Source of the DNA: Terriglobia bacterium
GTDB taxonomy: Bacteria > Acidobacteriota > Terriglobia > 20CM-2-55-15
DNA: 64,000 nucleotides
Reading direction: 5' to 3'
NCBI GenBank assembly: GCA_965206125.1
Contig: CBDBIN010000044.1
Location: forward strand, 365,019 to 429,018
The notes beneath the pieces are model-generated. The model made no database searches and was not told where the DNA came from. It worked only from the letters and a program-made list of their open reading frames with translations. Below, one piece after another: positions 30,895-41,357 of the stretch (its first letter is position 1; every line of letters begins with the position of its first letter). A program made the translations under genes and the position numbers.

Positions 30895-32749
30895 TCACCG
30901 TGGACCGCCGTCCCCGGGCCAGGGTTGCCCCAGCCAGGACTCGTAGGCTGCCTTCTGGTCATCTGTGGGGGCTTCCAGACGGCGAAGCTTCCAGCGCCCC
31001 ACGGGCGTGCCCGCCAGAACGAAGTCGATAACGCGTAGCTGGCCGTATCGCAACAAGTGCAGGGTGATGGTGTCTCCGGGGCGCTTGTCTTCGATGACAC
31101 CTGCGAATTGGCTGACCGACACCTCGAAGCCGTCGACGGCCACGACCCTATCTCCGGAGATGATCCCCGCCGGGTAGGCGGGGCCGTCCGACAGGACGGA
31201 CCCGACAACGGTCGCGCCATCCCGCGTGGTGAGGTTGAGACCCGCATAGGGTTTTTCGGCCGCATCCGAGCTGTTGTCCGGCTCGGCTCCGTCATCGTCC
31301 GCGTCAGGCTCGAATACTAACTCCAGACCCAGCACATGAACGGCTTCCTCCAGGGGATATCGATCCGTTCCCCGGATGTAGCGCTCGAAAAGGGGGTCGA
31401 AGTTGGTGCCGGACAACTCGTCGAACGCCGCGACCATGTCTTCCGGAGTAAACCCGGCACCCGACAGGGGAAAGTTCCGGTAGAGTTGCCGCATGACGTC
31501 GTCGAGCGTCGTTTCATTCCCGGTGCGTGTCCTAATCTCCGTATCGAGCAGGAGGCTGGCCATAGCACCGCCGTTGTAGAAAGAGACCGTCGAATTGACG
31601 GAATCGGGAGTGGGCTTGGTGTACTTTATCCAGGCGTCGAAGGACGCCTCTTCCAGGCTCTGAATCCCCGCTCCGGGTCGATTCCGCAGGGTGTCGATCG
31701 TATTCGACATCGTGTCAAGGTATTCGTCGGGCGTCAGGACACCGATGCGGGTCAGCGTCAGGTCGTCGTAGTAGCTCGTCGTTCCCTCGGCGACCCAGAG
31801 CAGCTTCGTGTAGTTTTCCTGCCTGTAGTCGTACGGGCTGATTCCCGCCGGACGCAGTTGCTTGACGTTCCACGTATGGAACATCTCGTGCGAAACGAGC
31901 CCGAGGAAATTCTGGTATGCATCGTCGTCCTCGAGCGACCGGCGCGCGGTCTGCATGATCGTCGAGTTGAGATGCTCGGTACCTCCGCCCGCACCCGCGC
32001 CCACGTGGATCAGGAACACGTACCGGTCGTATGGCATGTCGCCGAAGCCCGCCGCCTGTTGGCGAACGATCCGGCCGAAGTCTTCCTTCAAGCGTTCCGC
32101 GTCGTAGTCGGCCCGGCCCCAGATGACGATCTCGTGCGGTGTCCCGTCGACGTCGAATGTCAGCGTGTCGTGGATACCGATCTCGAACGGCGAATCGATC
32201 AGAACATGGTAGTCGGGAGATACGCGAACACGAGGGTCGGACCCCGAGCATCTCCAGGCCCGTGGCGACTTCCCATCGGGCGGGCGCGTCGATCCTGACG
32301 AGTATCTCGTCCCCTAATCGCCCCGGGACGTAGAAGAACACACTCGAACCGGAAAGAAAGGCGTGCGTGTCGTCGACGTGCCGCGTGCGGTTGCCGAGCG
32401 AGTTGGCGTAGATGCGGTACCGTACCTCGATTTCGGAAGCTCCAGCCGTATCGATACGCCAGGTTGTCTTGTCGAGTTTTTCGATCCCGAGTGGACGGTC
32501 CGAGGCATTGGCAGTCACGTCACGGACGGTTCCGGCCGGGTCGATCAGAGCGTACCGTCCCGGACGCCACACCGGCAGTGCCACGTCGAGCGTCGGGCCG
32601 GCCACGTTCCGGACGAGCATGGCGATGTCCACCATCTGCGTTTGAGGTTGCGCCAGCGACACGGTGTACTCGATCGGCTGGCTCTGACCGTTCACGATTG
32701 ACGGGAACGACACTGAGCCGAGAATCAACAGGATGATCATCCGCAACAT
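30895..32749 (-). pseudogene. M61 glycyl aminopeptidase with PDZ domain, single frameshift near 32243 (may be a sequencing error)
   Basis: N-terminal LPVWRPGRY in one frame; GGTEH, SHEMFHTWNVK, LWVAEGTTSYY and PDZ in another; deleting one base of the 4-C run at 32242-32245 restores the frame. Confidence 0.85.
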
Positions 32750-32935
32750 CGCGGACAAGTGGGAGCCGGACTTACCGAGCAGCATCAGCCATTTCCTCCT
32801 CTTGCCAGAAAGTGGCTCCATTCTGAAGGAAGGAGAGCGGGGTTTTCAAGCGATCGAGGCGTGTGAGAACGACCTAGGCCATCCGATGGGAGTCGATGTC
32901 CGAGAGAAGGAGGCTAACGGCGAAGTCGCCCACCG

Positions 32936-32990
32936 CTGTAGCGGCGCTTTATAAGCGCCAAAAACGCGCGATCATCTACTGTCCCTACAG
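32936..32990. repeat. GTAG-type REP doublet
   Basis: CTGTAGCGGCGCTTTATAAGCGCC...CCTACAG. Confidence 0.65.
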
Positions 32991-33009
32991 TGTAGACCCG
33001 CCCTCCATG

Positions 33010-34746
33010 CTAGTCGCGGTTTTTCTGCATCGCGCGCCGGATCTTCGCCCACGCATCCCGCAGCGTGACGGTTCGGTTGAACACCAGGGCCCCCGGTGCA
33101 GAGTCCGGGTCCACGGCGAAGTATCCCAGCCTTTCGAATTGCACCCGGTCACCCGGCTCGGCGTTCGCCAGAGAGGGTTCGACCCAGGTGTCGGTGCGGA
33201 TTTCCAGGGAGTTCGGGTTGAGAAATGTCGTGAAATCCGTCTCGCGATCTGCTTCGGGATCTTCCTTCGAGAACAGCCGGTCGTACAGGCGCACTTCGGC
33301 ACGGAGTGCGTGTTCGGCCGACACCCAATGCAGCGTCGCCTTGACCCGCCGTCCGTCCGGAGTCGTTCCGCCCCGAGTCGCCGGGTCGTAGGTGCAGTGC
33401 AGTTCGACGATTTCTCCGGATTCGTCCTTCACGACGCCGGTACAGGTCACCAGATAGCCATAGCGCAGTCGCACCTCCCGGCCGGGCGCCAGCCGGAAAA
33501 ACTTCTTCGGCGGGTCTTCCATGAAGTCGTCGCGCTCGATGTAGAGCACCTCGGAAAAGGGGACCTTTCGGGTACCGGCGTCGGGGTCTTCGGGGTTGTT
33601 GACCGCGTCCATCTCTTCGGTTTCTCCTTCGGGGTAGTTGTCGATAACGACCCGGAGGGGATTCAGGACGGCCATGACGCGAGGGGAACGTTCGTTGAGG
33701 TATTCACGGACCGCGTGTTCCAGCTGAGCGATATCCACAACGCTGTCCCTCTTGGCGACGCCGACGCGGTCACTGAAGTTGCGGATGGCCTCGGGTGGGT
33801 AGCCTGCTCGCCGCATCGCGCTCAGAGTGGGCATGCGGGGGTCGTCCCACCCCTTGACGTGACCCTCCTCGACCAGCCGGAGTAGCTTTCGCTTGCTCAT
33901 CACCGTGTAGTTGATGTTCAGCCGCGCAAACTCGATCTGTTGTGGGTGACATGCCACGTCGAGTTGATCCAGGAACCAGTCGTACAGGGGCCGGTGATCC
34001 TCGAACTCCAGAGAACAGAGCGAGTGTGTGATCCCTTCCATCGAATCGGAGAGGCAATGCGTGAAGTCGTACATCGGGTAGATGCACCAGCCGTCCCCGG
34101 TTCTGTAATGCGTGGCGTGCCGGATGCGGTAGATCGTGGGATCCCGCATGTTCAGGTTTCCGGACCGCATGTCGATCTTCGCACGCAACACGTGAGCGCC
34201 GTCGGGGAACTCTCCATCCCGCATCCGCCCGAACAGATCCAGGTTCTCCTCGATCGATCGGTCGCGGTACGGACTGTCTCGCCCCGGTTCGGTCAGCGTT
34301 CCCCGGTATTCTCGAGTCTCGTCGGCCGACAGGCTGTCGACGTAGGCTTTGCCCTTCTTGATCAGTTCAACCGCGTGGTCGTAAAGCTTTCCATAGTAGT
34401 CCGACGCGTAGTAGAGCCGGTCTTCCCAGTCGAAACCGAGCCACTGGATATCCCGCTTGATCGCCTCCTCATACTCGACGTCTTCTTTTGCCGGATTGGT
34501 GTCGTCGAAACGCAGGTTGCAGATGCCACCGTACTCTGCGGCAACGGAGAAGTTGAGCCCGAAGGCCTTCGCGTGGCCGATGTGGAGGTAACCGTTCGGT
34601 TCGGGCGGGAAACGTGTCACGACCCGGCCGTCGTTCTTGCCATTGGCCAAGTCGTCGACTATTCGGGCTCGGATGAAATCCAGCGGTCGGGTCGATTCAG
34701 CCGGGTCCGGGCCCGAGGCAGAGTCCGGGTGAGCAACGTCGGGCAT
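33010..34746 (-). CDS. glnS: Glutamine--tRNA ligase
   Basis: [39 protein letters not shown]. Confidence 0.97.
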   Translation of the reverse strand: MPDVAHPDSASGPDPAESTRPLDFIRARIVDDLANGKNDGRVVTRFPPEPNGYLHIGHAKAFGLNFSVAAEYGGICNLRFDDTNPAKEDVEYEEAIKRDIQWLGFDWEDRLYYASDYYGKLYDHAVELIKKGKAYVDSLSADETREYRGTLTEPGRDSPYRDRSIEENLDLFGRMRDGEFPDGAHVLRAKIDMRSGNLNMRDPTIYRIRHATHYRTGDGWCIYPMYDFTHCLSDSMEGITHSLCSLEFEDHRPLYDWFLDQLDVACHPQQIEFARLNINYTVMSKRKLLRLVEEGHVKGWDDPRMPTLSAMRRAGYPPEAIRNFSDRVGVAKRDSVVDIAQLEHAVREYLNERSPRVMAVLNPLRVVIDNYPEGETEEMDAVNNPEDPDAGTRKVPFSEVLYIERDDFMEDPPKKFFRLAPGREVRLRYGYLVTCTGVVKDESGEIVELHCTYDPATRGGTTPDGRRVKATLHWVSAEHALRAEVRLYDRLFSKEDPEADRETDFTTFLNPNSLEIRTDTWVEPSLANAEPGDRVQFERLGYFAVDPDSAPGALVFNRTVTLRDAWAKIRRAMQKNRD

Positions 34747-34781
34747 ACATTGCGGATTTTAGCACTAACCGAATGGGGTCG

Positions 34782-35288
34782 TCAGCGGACTCGAAAGCTT
34801 CCCGCCAGCAGGGCGCTGCCCCAGTGGATCTCGATGACGACGTCCTGGCCCTGGGCTCTGAGCTCGATGGTCAACTGTTCTGCGGTACTGGTCGCCTGGT
34901 CGGTCCGGAGCGGAGTTTCGGCAACGAATCCATCGGTCAGCGGAGGATCGCCCCAGACGCCGGTGGTCGGGTGGAATGCCAGGACCCATTGGCCATCGCC
35001 GATTTTCCGGGCCCAGAGTGAGTACCGTCCGGCCTTGAGTTCCTTACCCGCGACTACCAGGTTTCCTGTCGACTCGATCTCCGTCGCCTGGTCGGCCCCG
35101 AGCCGCCAGACCTGACCCACCCTGGCTATCGATAGGACATCCCTGCCGTATAGGTTGGGCCGTCCGTAGTCGATGCGGACCGTCTCGGAATTGATGATGG
35201 TTTCTGCGGTCCCACGCTCGTTCTGCGCGAGCGCCGGGGAGCCTGCAAGGAGGCTCACCGCCAGGGCGATGACAACATGCTTTCGCAT
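34782..35288 (-). CDS. DUF2911-family exported protein
   Basis: Signal peptide; IDYGRP, VWRLGADQAT, AGRYSLW. Confidence 0.8.
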   Translation of the reverse strand: MRKHVVIALAVSLLAGSPALAQNERGTAETIINSETVRIDYGRPNLYGRDVLSIARVGQVWRLGADQATEIESTGNLVVAGKELKAGRYSLWARKIGDGQWVLAFHPTTGVWGDPPLTDGFVAETPLRTDQATSTAEQLTIELRAQGQDVVIEIHWGSALLAGSFRVR

Positions 35289-35371
35289 ACGAATCCTCGG
35301 GAATCTTCGGTTTCTACTCAAGGCTATCAGACTCAGGTTGAGACGATCTGTAAGACAAACCACATCTTCCA

Positions 35372-35537
35372 AGCAGCCCGCGGCATAACCCTGCGGGATC
35401 GCGCACAAGGGTCTTCGGGTCGCCAGGCGCGAAGAGAGGAGGGCGCGATGCTCTTTCATCGTAACCGACGAACAACAAAGCCTGCGGCGCGCCGTTTGGC
35501 CGTAACGCGACCCCACAGGGTTCTGCCGCGGGCTGCT
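35372..35537. mobile_element. MITE-like non-autonomous element, 166 bp
   Basis: 32 bp terminal inverted repeat AGCAGCCCGCGGCATAACCCTGCGGGATCGCG with 3 mismatches; no credible coding capacity. Confidence 0.7.
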
Positions 35538-38003
35538 CTACGGAGTCGGTGAACTCCGAACGAGGATCTCCCGCCTCAACGCCGACTCCAGGCTCGGGCT
35601 CACGGTCAGGAAAAGGTTCTCCGGATACCGTCGGCCATCGGTCAAGGCCTGGTAGATGTCCAACTCGACGTACTGATTGAGGGCCAGACCGGCAAGGTAT
35701 TGCAGCCTCAGGTTGCGGTCCAGGTTCAGTTCGGCGTCGGCCAACCAGGCGGTCATATCCCGTCCCTGGTTCGCGTAGGAGGCGAGCAGGTCGACCACAC
35801 TATTCAGATCGACATCGGCCAGCGATTGCCCCAAGCTCGGGTTCCCACGGAGACGAGCGTCCAGGGCATCCACGTCAATTTGGGTTGAACCTACCTGCCC
35901 TAGCGCTATGACGTCGTAGCCCCCTCCGTAGATGTCGCTGTTCCAGACCGTCGCATCCGGAAACGATCCGACGAAAGTCGCCAACTGGCTCTTGACGGCT
36001 GCCTCGCTCGACTCATACAGGGGGATCCACTGGGTGACAACGCCGCCGGGGTTCAGGTGCTCCTTGACCAGGTCGAAATACTCGGCGGAATACATCGTCG
36101 CCGCACCCCGGACCCAGGGATGAATCGGGTCGGACGTGATGATGTCGAATTTTTCGTCGGTCGTCGCCAGAAAATGACGCGCGTCGTCGATGATCAGCTC
36201 CGTTCTTGGATCGTTCAGGACGTCGTAGTTCTCGTCGGCGAAAAAGGCCGCGGCGGTCTCCGGAACATGCTTTTCGATCTCGCAAATAACGATCCGCTCC
36301 ACATCCGGGTGCGCCACGAAGGACCCTGCCGTCACGCCGGCGCCGCATCCCACGATGAGGATCGACCGCGGTTGCTCATGGATTATGGCCGGAAGGTGTC
36401 CGAGCATCCGCTGGAGCCTCATGTCGATGGGGACGTTCGACGCCACGACCTTGCCGGCGACGTGCATGCTACGCTCGTCCTCGAATTGGGTCACCGCGAC
36501 CGAGGCGTCCACACCTTCGACAGTATGGAGGTAGACCGTACCCTCACCCCAGTAGTCGATGAACCGTCCGTAGGCGATGAGTCCCTGTGGCGTGGACGGC
36601 ATCATGTTGATCAGAAGCACGGCGACGACGAATCCAACTGTCGCCGTGACGATTCGCCGCCAGGGTTTGCTCGTCGCGCCCTTCGGCTTGTTATCTGAGG
36701 CCGGAGGAACCAGCATCAGGACTCCAGCACCCACGGCCAGGACCATCAACGCCTGCTGTGCGCTCCGCGTGCCGGCCATCGGAATCCAGATGAGCGTCGT
36801 GAAGAGGCTGCCGACGATGGCGCCGACCGTATTGGCGGCATACACACCGCCAACCACCTTCCCCGGGTCGTCACGCCGCGCGGTTGCTGCCAGAGCGAGC
36901 GGGAAGGAAGCGCCCCAGAGAAAAGTAGCCGGCAGCAAGGCGACAGCGCAGCGGACCATGTCCCAGCCGAACGTATAGGCGACGCTCTCCATCACCCACG
37001 GGAGGAATTCCGGGGTCGGTAGCCAGTACGGGATCTGCTCGGTGATCATGAACGAGCCCCACAGGATCGATGGTACGAGCATGAGCTGACACAATCCCAG
37101 CAGCTCGCCTGGGCGTTTGGCTCTTGCGAGCACGGCTCCCGCGCTGCTTCCGATCCCGAGCCCGGAGAGGAAGATCACCAGGATCAGCGAGAAATTGTAG
37201 ACGCTCGCCCCAAACAGCAGCGACAGCTGCCTGGTCCAGACCACTTCTGCGCCGAGCGCCGTCAGCCCGGAGAGCATGATCGTGACGTATGGAGCAGCCG
37301 GCGCATCGATGGCGGAGTCCGGGGAATCTTCCTCGCCTTCGGTCTCGGGCATCGCGTAGCACGTTCCCAGATAGATGGCCACCGAACCAACGGCGATGTT
37401 GATCGTGACGGCGACGTAGGTCGCGATCGCCGTGTCGAAAACCCGGAGCAGGTAGAACCCGGCGAGAGCAGTTCCGATGACGGCGCCGACGATGTTGGCG
37501 CCGTAAAAAAAACCGAGCCGCGACACGCCGACGTTCGTAATCCTGATCCATCGGGCGATCGCAGGCAGTGTTGCGCCCATCAGGATCGTCGGTGGAAGCA
37601 AGCAGATCCCAGCGACAAGGGCGCGCAGTAGCACGCTCTCCAGGCCGTATCCGACCGAGGTCAGGTAGAACCGGCCGACCAGTGGCAGGACCAGGAGTAT
37701 GACCAGCCCCATCAACCCGACGCCCAGTTCGAGGAACGCATAGACATGAAGGGGGTGACGATCAGTGGATACGAATCGGTGGAAGCCGAGGCTGCCCAGG
37801 CACATCCCACCCATGAAGCTGCCAAGCAATACGGCCAGAGATATGGACGACGCGCCGATGACGAGCCCGAGGAGGTGGAACCAGACAATTTCGTAGATCA
37901 GTGCGGAGGCGCCACTGCCCACGAACAACAACAGCAGCACAGGAGTGAACCTACCTCCGGTTGACCGCTCAGCTTCGGTTTCGGCAAGTGCTTCGGGGGG
38001 CAT
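35538..38003 (-). CDS. Fused membrane domain / spermidine synthase-like protein
   Basis: SGASALIYEIVW and YGANIVGA repeats; ILIVGCGAGVT, DARHFL, FDIITSDPIHPW. Confidence 0.88.
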   Translation of the reverse strand: MPPEALAETEAERSTGGRFTPVLLLLFVGSGASALIYEIVWFHLLGLVIGASSISLAVLLGSFMGGMCLGSLGFHRFVSTDRHPLHVYAFLELGVGLMGLVILLVLPLVGRFYLTSVGYGLESVLLRALVAGICLLPPTILMGATLPAIARWIRITNVGVSRLGFFYGANIVGAVIGTALAGFYLLRVFDTAIATYVAVTINIAVGSVAIYLGTCYAMPETEGEEDSPDSAIDAPAAPYVTIMLSGLTALGAEVVWTRQLSLLFGASVYNFSLILVIFLSGLGIGSSAGAVLARAKRPGELLGLCQLMLVPSILWGSFMITEQIPYWLPTPEFLPWVMESVAYTFGWDMVRCAVALLPATFLWGASFPLALAATARRDDPGKVVGGVYAANTVGAIVGSLFTTLIWIPMAGTRSAQQALMVLAVGAGVLMLVPPASDNKPKGATSKPWRRIVTATVGFVVAVLLINMMPSTPQGLIAYGRFIDYWGEGTVYLHTVEGVDASVAVTQFEDERSMHVAGKVVASNVPIDMRLQRMLGHLPAIIHEQPRSILIVGCGAGVTAGSFVAHPDVERIVICEIEKHVPETAAAFFADENYDVLNDPRTELIIDDARHFLATTDEKFDIITSDPIHPWVRGAATMYSAEYFDLVKEHLNPGGVVTQWIPLYESSEAAVKSQLATFVGSFPDATVWNSDIYGGGYDVIALGQVGSTQIDVDALDARLRGNPSLGQSLADVDLNSVVDLLASYANQGRDMTAWLADAELNLDRNLRLQYLAGLALNQYVELDIYQALTDGRRYPENLFLTVSPSLESALRREILVRSSPTP

Positions 38004-38545
38004 GGGTTTGCCGGCGACCCATTGGGGGGTGTTTCGGCCATCTCCAGAGTGACGAAATCGCGCGGAAATCCTACTAGGAAATTGCCGACCCGGTCAAACA
38101 TGCCATCCCGCTGAAGTGACCCGATCAATCGATGCGCACAACGACATCGTCTACGTTTCCAGTTTGCCTGGCCGGTGACTAGACCTAGCGGTCCCCGCCA
38201 GACATACCGTCACTATCTCCGACGGGAATTGCGAGCGGACTGAATGGCAGCATCCTCAATGTCGGCGCCTTGAGACTTCGGAGCTCTTTGGCGTTCATGC
38301 TGGGCAACTTCATTCGGCACCGTCTTTGGGGTTCGTATGTGTCGTCCGGGCGACGTCGATGTCCTTGGGCATCATGGCGATGTTCGCCAGGTCCTCGCGG
38401 TTCACCTTCCCGAGGTACGGGACGCCGACCTTACGGATTATCGGGAGTGATTTCAATACGGCCCACTATTTGGAATACAATGAGCGGCAGTCGACGCTCC
38501 GAAGTTCTCGTACGATCGGTGCGCATCGACGAAAGGAGATTCTGA

Positions 38546-40318
38546 ATGAGTCGGACTCATGCAATCGCGATTGGCGGAGCGGCCGGCCAGGGTGTGGCCA
38601 CCCCCGGCAATATCTTCGCCCGCATCCTCGTCCGGCGAGGTTTGCACCTGAACGCATACAACGCATATCAGTCAATCATCCGGGGGGGGCATACTCTGCT
38701 CACAATACGCACAGGGGTGGATCCTGTGACAAGCTTCGGCGACAAGATCGATCTGTTGATTCCACTCAACCAGAACACCATGGATCGTCATCTGAAACTC
38801 ATGGGGTCAGGGACCGCTGTCATTTACAACGGAGACACAATCGAACCACGAGATGCGGCCGAAGGTGTGCAATGCTGCCCCCTTCCCGTAAAGGAACTCA
38901 CCGACAACAGTCGCAACAAGCTAGCGCAGAACACGCTCGCTCTAGGCGCTGCCCTCAACATGCTGGGCGTCGGTTTCCAGCCGCTTTCAGATGTTTTGAC
39001 AACCCAGTTCGAACGGAAGGGTGACGCCGTGGTGCGGGAAAACGTCGACGTCGCCCGGGCGGGCTATGACCACGCATCGGCTAATTTCCAGCCTTTTGAT
39101 GAGCCCCTTCCGATGACGGAAGACCCCAAAGCCGTGTTGACCGGGAATATGGCTCTGGCGATGGGCGGTGCCGCAGCCGGAGTGAAGTTTTACTGTGCCT
39201 ATCCGATGAGCCCGGCCACTGGTGTCCTCCACTGGATGGCTCCACACGCTCGTAAGGCGGGCATTATGGTGCGGCAGGTCGAGGATGAGATCGGCGTCAT
39301 CAATATGGCAATCGGTGCCGCCCACACAGGGGTGCGGGCGATGTGCGCGACCTCTGGCGGTGGCTTCGCCTTGATGACCGAAGGCCTGGGTATGTCGGCC
39401 ATGATGGAAACGCCCGTTGTGGTGATCGACGTGCAGCGCGCCGGCCCTTCCACGGGAGTTCCTACAAAAACCGAGCAAGGTGATCTCTGGCAAATGCTTG
39501 GAGCCGGTCACGGTGATTATCCCAGGGTCATCGCCGCACCGACGACTGTCCTGGATTGCTTCAAGCTTGTGCCTGAGATCTTCAACCTCACAGATCGGTT
39601 CCAGTGTCCCGGAATCATCCTTGGCGATCTGCTTCTCTCAGAAGGCACGGGGAGTGTGGAGCCCGCAGAACTCGACTTCGACGTGGAAATCGATCGCGGA
39701 GAGTTGATCATGTCCAGCCAAGGGCCCAACGGCTACAAACGATACGCCTTCACCGAGAACGGGGTCTCTCCCCGCGCCGTACCGGGTGTGCCCAACCACA
39801 TTCACACTGCGGCAACCGATGAGCACGACGAAGATGGGACGTTGATCAGCGACGAGTTCACCGACCCCACTAAGCGGCGAAACATGATGGACAAGCGCCA
39901 GCGGAAAGTGCAGGCAATCGAGGACGCGGTCCAACCCCCCGAACTGATCGGAGAGTCGGGAGCCGACGTCACACTTGTTGGGTGGGGTTCTACCCAGGGT
40001 GTCATCGAAGAAGCGATCGAGCTACTCAATGAAGAAGGGATCTCGGCGAACCAGTTGCAGATACGGTGGCTGGTACCCCTGCACGGAGATGCCATCGTTG
40101 AGATCCTCGGGTCAGAGAAGCACGCCATCATCGTCGAGAACAACTACAGCGGCCAGTTTGCGCGATACCTGCGGAGCGAAACCAGTTATGTCCCCGACGG
40201 CCACATTCGCAAGTACGATGGGGAACCCTTCATGCCCCATCACATCGTTGAAAGCGTGAAGGAGCAACTGACGGGTAAGACGAATTTGTCCGTACCAACG
40301 CACGAGATAACGGTTTGA
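38546..40318 (+). CDS. korA: 2-oxoacid:ferredoxin oxidoreductase alpha (gamma-alpha fusion) subunit
   Basis: IGGAAGQG, YPMSPAT, EDEIG, ATSGGGFALM, QRAGPSTGVPTKTEQGD. Confidence 0.93.
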   Translation: MSRTHAIAIGGAAGQGVATPGNIFARILVRRGLHLNAYNAYQSIIRGGHTLLTIRTGVDPVTSFGDKIDLLIPLNQNTMDRHLKLMGSGTAVIYNGDTIEPRDAAEGVQCCPLPVKELTDNSRNKLAQNTLALGAALNMLGVGFQPLSDVLTTQFERKGDAVVRENVDVARAGYDHASANFQPFDEPLPMTEDPKAVLTGNMALAMGGAAAGVKFYCAYPMSPATGVLHWMAPHARKAGIMVRQVEDEIGVINMAIGAAHTGVRAMCATSGGGFALMTEGLGMSAMMETPVVVIDVQRAGPSTGVPTKTEQGDLWQMLGAGHGDYPRVIAAPTTVLDCFKLVPEIFNLTDRFQCPGIILGDLLLSEGTGSVEPAELDFDVEIDRGELIMSSQGPNGYKRYAFTENGVSPRAVPGVPNHIHTAATDEHDEDGTLISDEFTDPTKRRNMMDKRQRKVQAIEDAVQPPELIGESGADVTLVGWGSTQGVIEEAIELLNEEGISANQLQIRWLVPLHGDAIVEILGSEKHAIIVENNYSGQFARYLRSETSYVPDGHIRKYDGEPFMPHHIVESVKEQLTGKTNLSVPTHEITV

Positions 40319-40328
40319 GGAGGACGAT

Positions 40329-41228
40329 GTGACGACCACGATAGAACCCGAGGGTAGGCTGACCGTCAAGGATTTCAAGGGACCGGTCGATCCAGATTGG
40401 TGTAAAGGCTGCGGTGATTTTGGAGTCCTGTCTTCTCTTGAAAAGGCCCTTGTCGAACTCCAAATCCAACCTCACAACGTGGTCACGGTTAGCGGAATCG
40501 GCTGCTCTTCCAACTTGCCCGGATATATCGACACCTACGGCATGCATACACTGCACGGGCGGGCGCTAGCTGTCGCCACAGGAGTGAAGATGGCGAATCC
40601 CGACTTGTCTGTGGTGGTAACCGGTGGAGACGGAGACGGTTTTGGTATCGGTGGCAACCACTTCATTCACACGATGCGCCGCAATGTGGACCTCGTCTAC
40701 CTGGTCATGGACAACCAGATATACGGACTCACTACTGGCCAGACATCGCCCACTAGCCGCATCGGCATGAAGACCAAGAGCATGCCGTTCGGGAACATCG
40801 AGGAACCCACCAACCCGATCGCGCTGGCGTTGGCTTCCGGAGCGACTTTTGTTGCCCGCGCCTTCAGTGGGGCGCCAAAACAACTGGTCGACCTGATCAA
40901 ACAGGCCTTCGAGCATAAGGGATTTGCCTTCATCGATATTTTCAGTCCGTGTGTGACTTACAACCACGACAACACCTATCCCTGGTTCCGAGAGCGCGTG
41001 AAGAAGCTCGAAGACGATGAAAGCTACGATCCAACGGACTGGCATGAAGCGATGCGACGATCGTTGGTCTGGGGCGACGAGATATTCATCGGGAAGTTTT
41101 TCCAGCGGACGGACCTTCCCTCGCTCGACCAGTCCGAACCGGTACTGGCCGAAGGGGGCCCCTTGCCCCACCGATCGCTCAAGCTTGATCCTGAGGTGGC
41201 GCGGCAATTCGTTACCGAATTGATGTAG
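40329..41228 (+). CDS. korB: 2-oxoacid:ferredoxin oxidoreductase beta subunit
   Basis: WCKGCGD, SGIGCS, TPP motif GGDGD...DNQIYGLT, SPCVTYN. Confidence 0.94.
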   Translation: MTTTIEPEGRLTVKDFKGPVDPDWCKGCGDFGVLSSLEKALVELQIQPHNVVTVSGIGCSSNLPGYIDTYGMHTLHGRALAVATGVKMANPDLSVVVTGGDGDGFGIGGNHFIHTMRRNVDLVYLVMDNQIYGLTTGQTSPTSRIGMKTKSMPFGNIEEPTNPIALALASGATFVARAFSGAPKQLVDLIKQAFEHKGFAFIDIFSPCVTYNHDNTYPWFRERVKKLEDDESYDPTDWHEAMRRSLVWGDEIFIGKFFQRTDLPSLDQSEPVLAEGGPLPHRSLKLDPEVARQFVTELM

Positions 41229-41357
41229 AGCGGCTGGGTCGTCCAGAGCCGGGCTATGCCTTCGGGGGTGGACTGAGACGTAGGTTACTGATCTACTGCA
41301 AATCATCCAGAAGCTAAAGCGTCTGTTCTGGACCCGCGATCCAGATTCTCGGATAAT

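Noticed and set aside
24130-34746. Co-occurrence of gltX and glnS as something unusual
   Set aside because: Common in many bacteria; it simply implies direct Gln-tRNA charging
38270-38545. 91 aa plus-strand ORF upstream of korA
   Set aside because: No recognisable motifs and atypical composition
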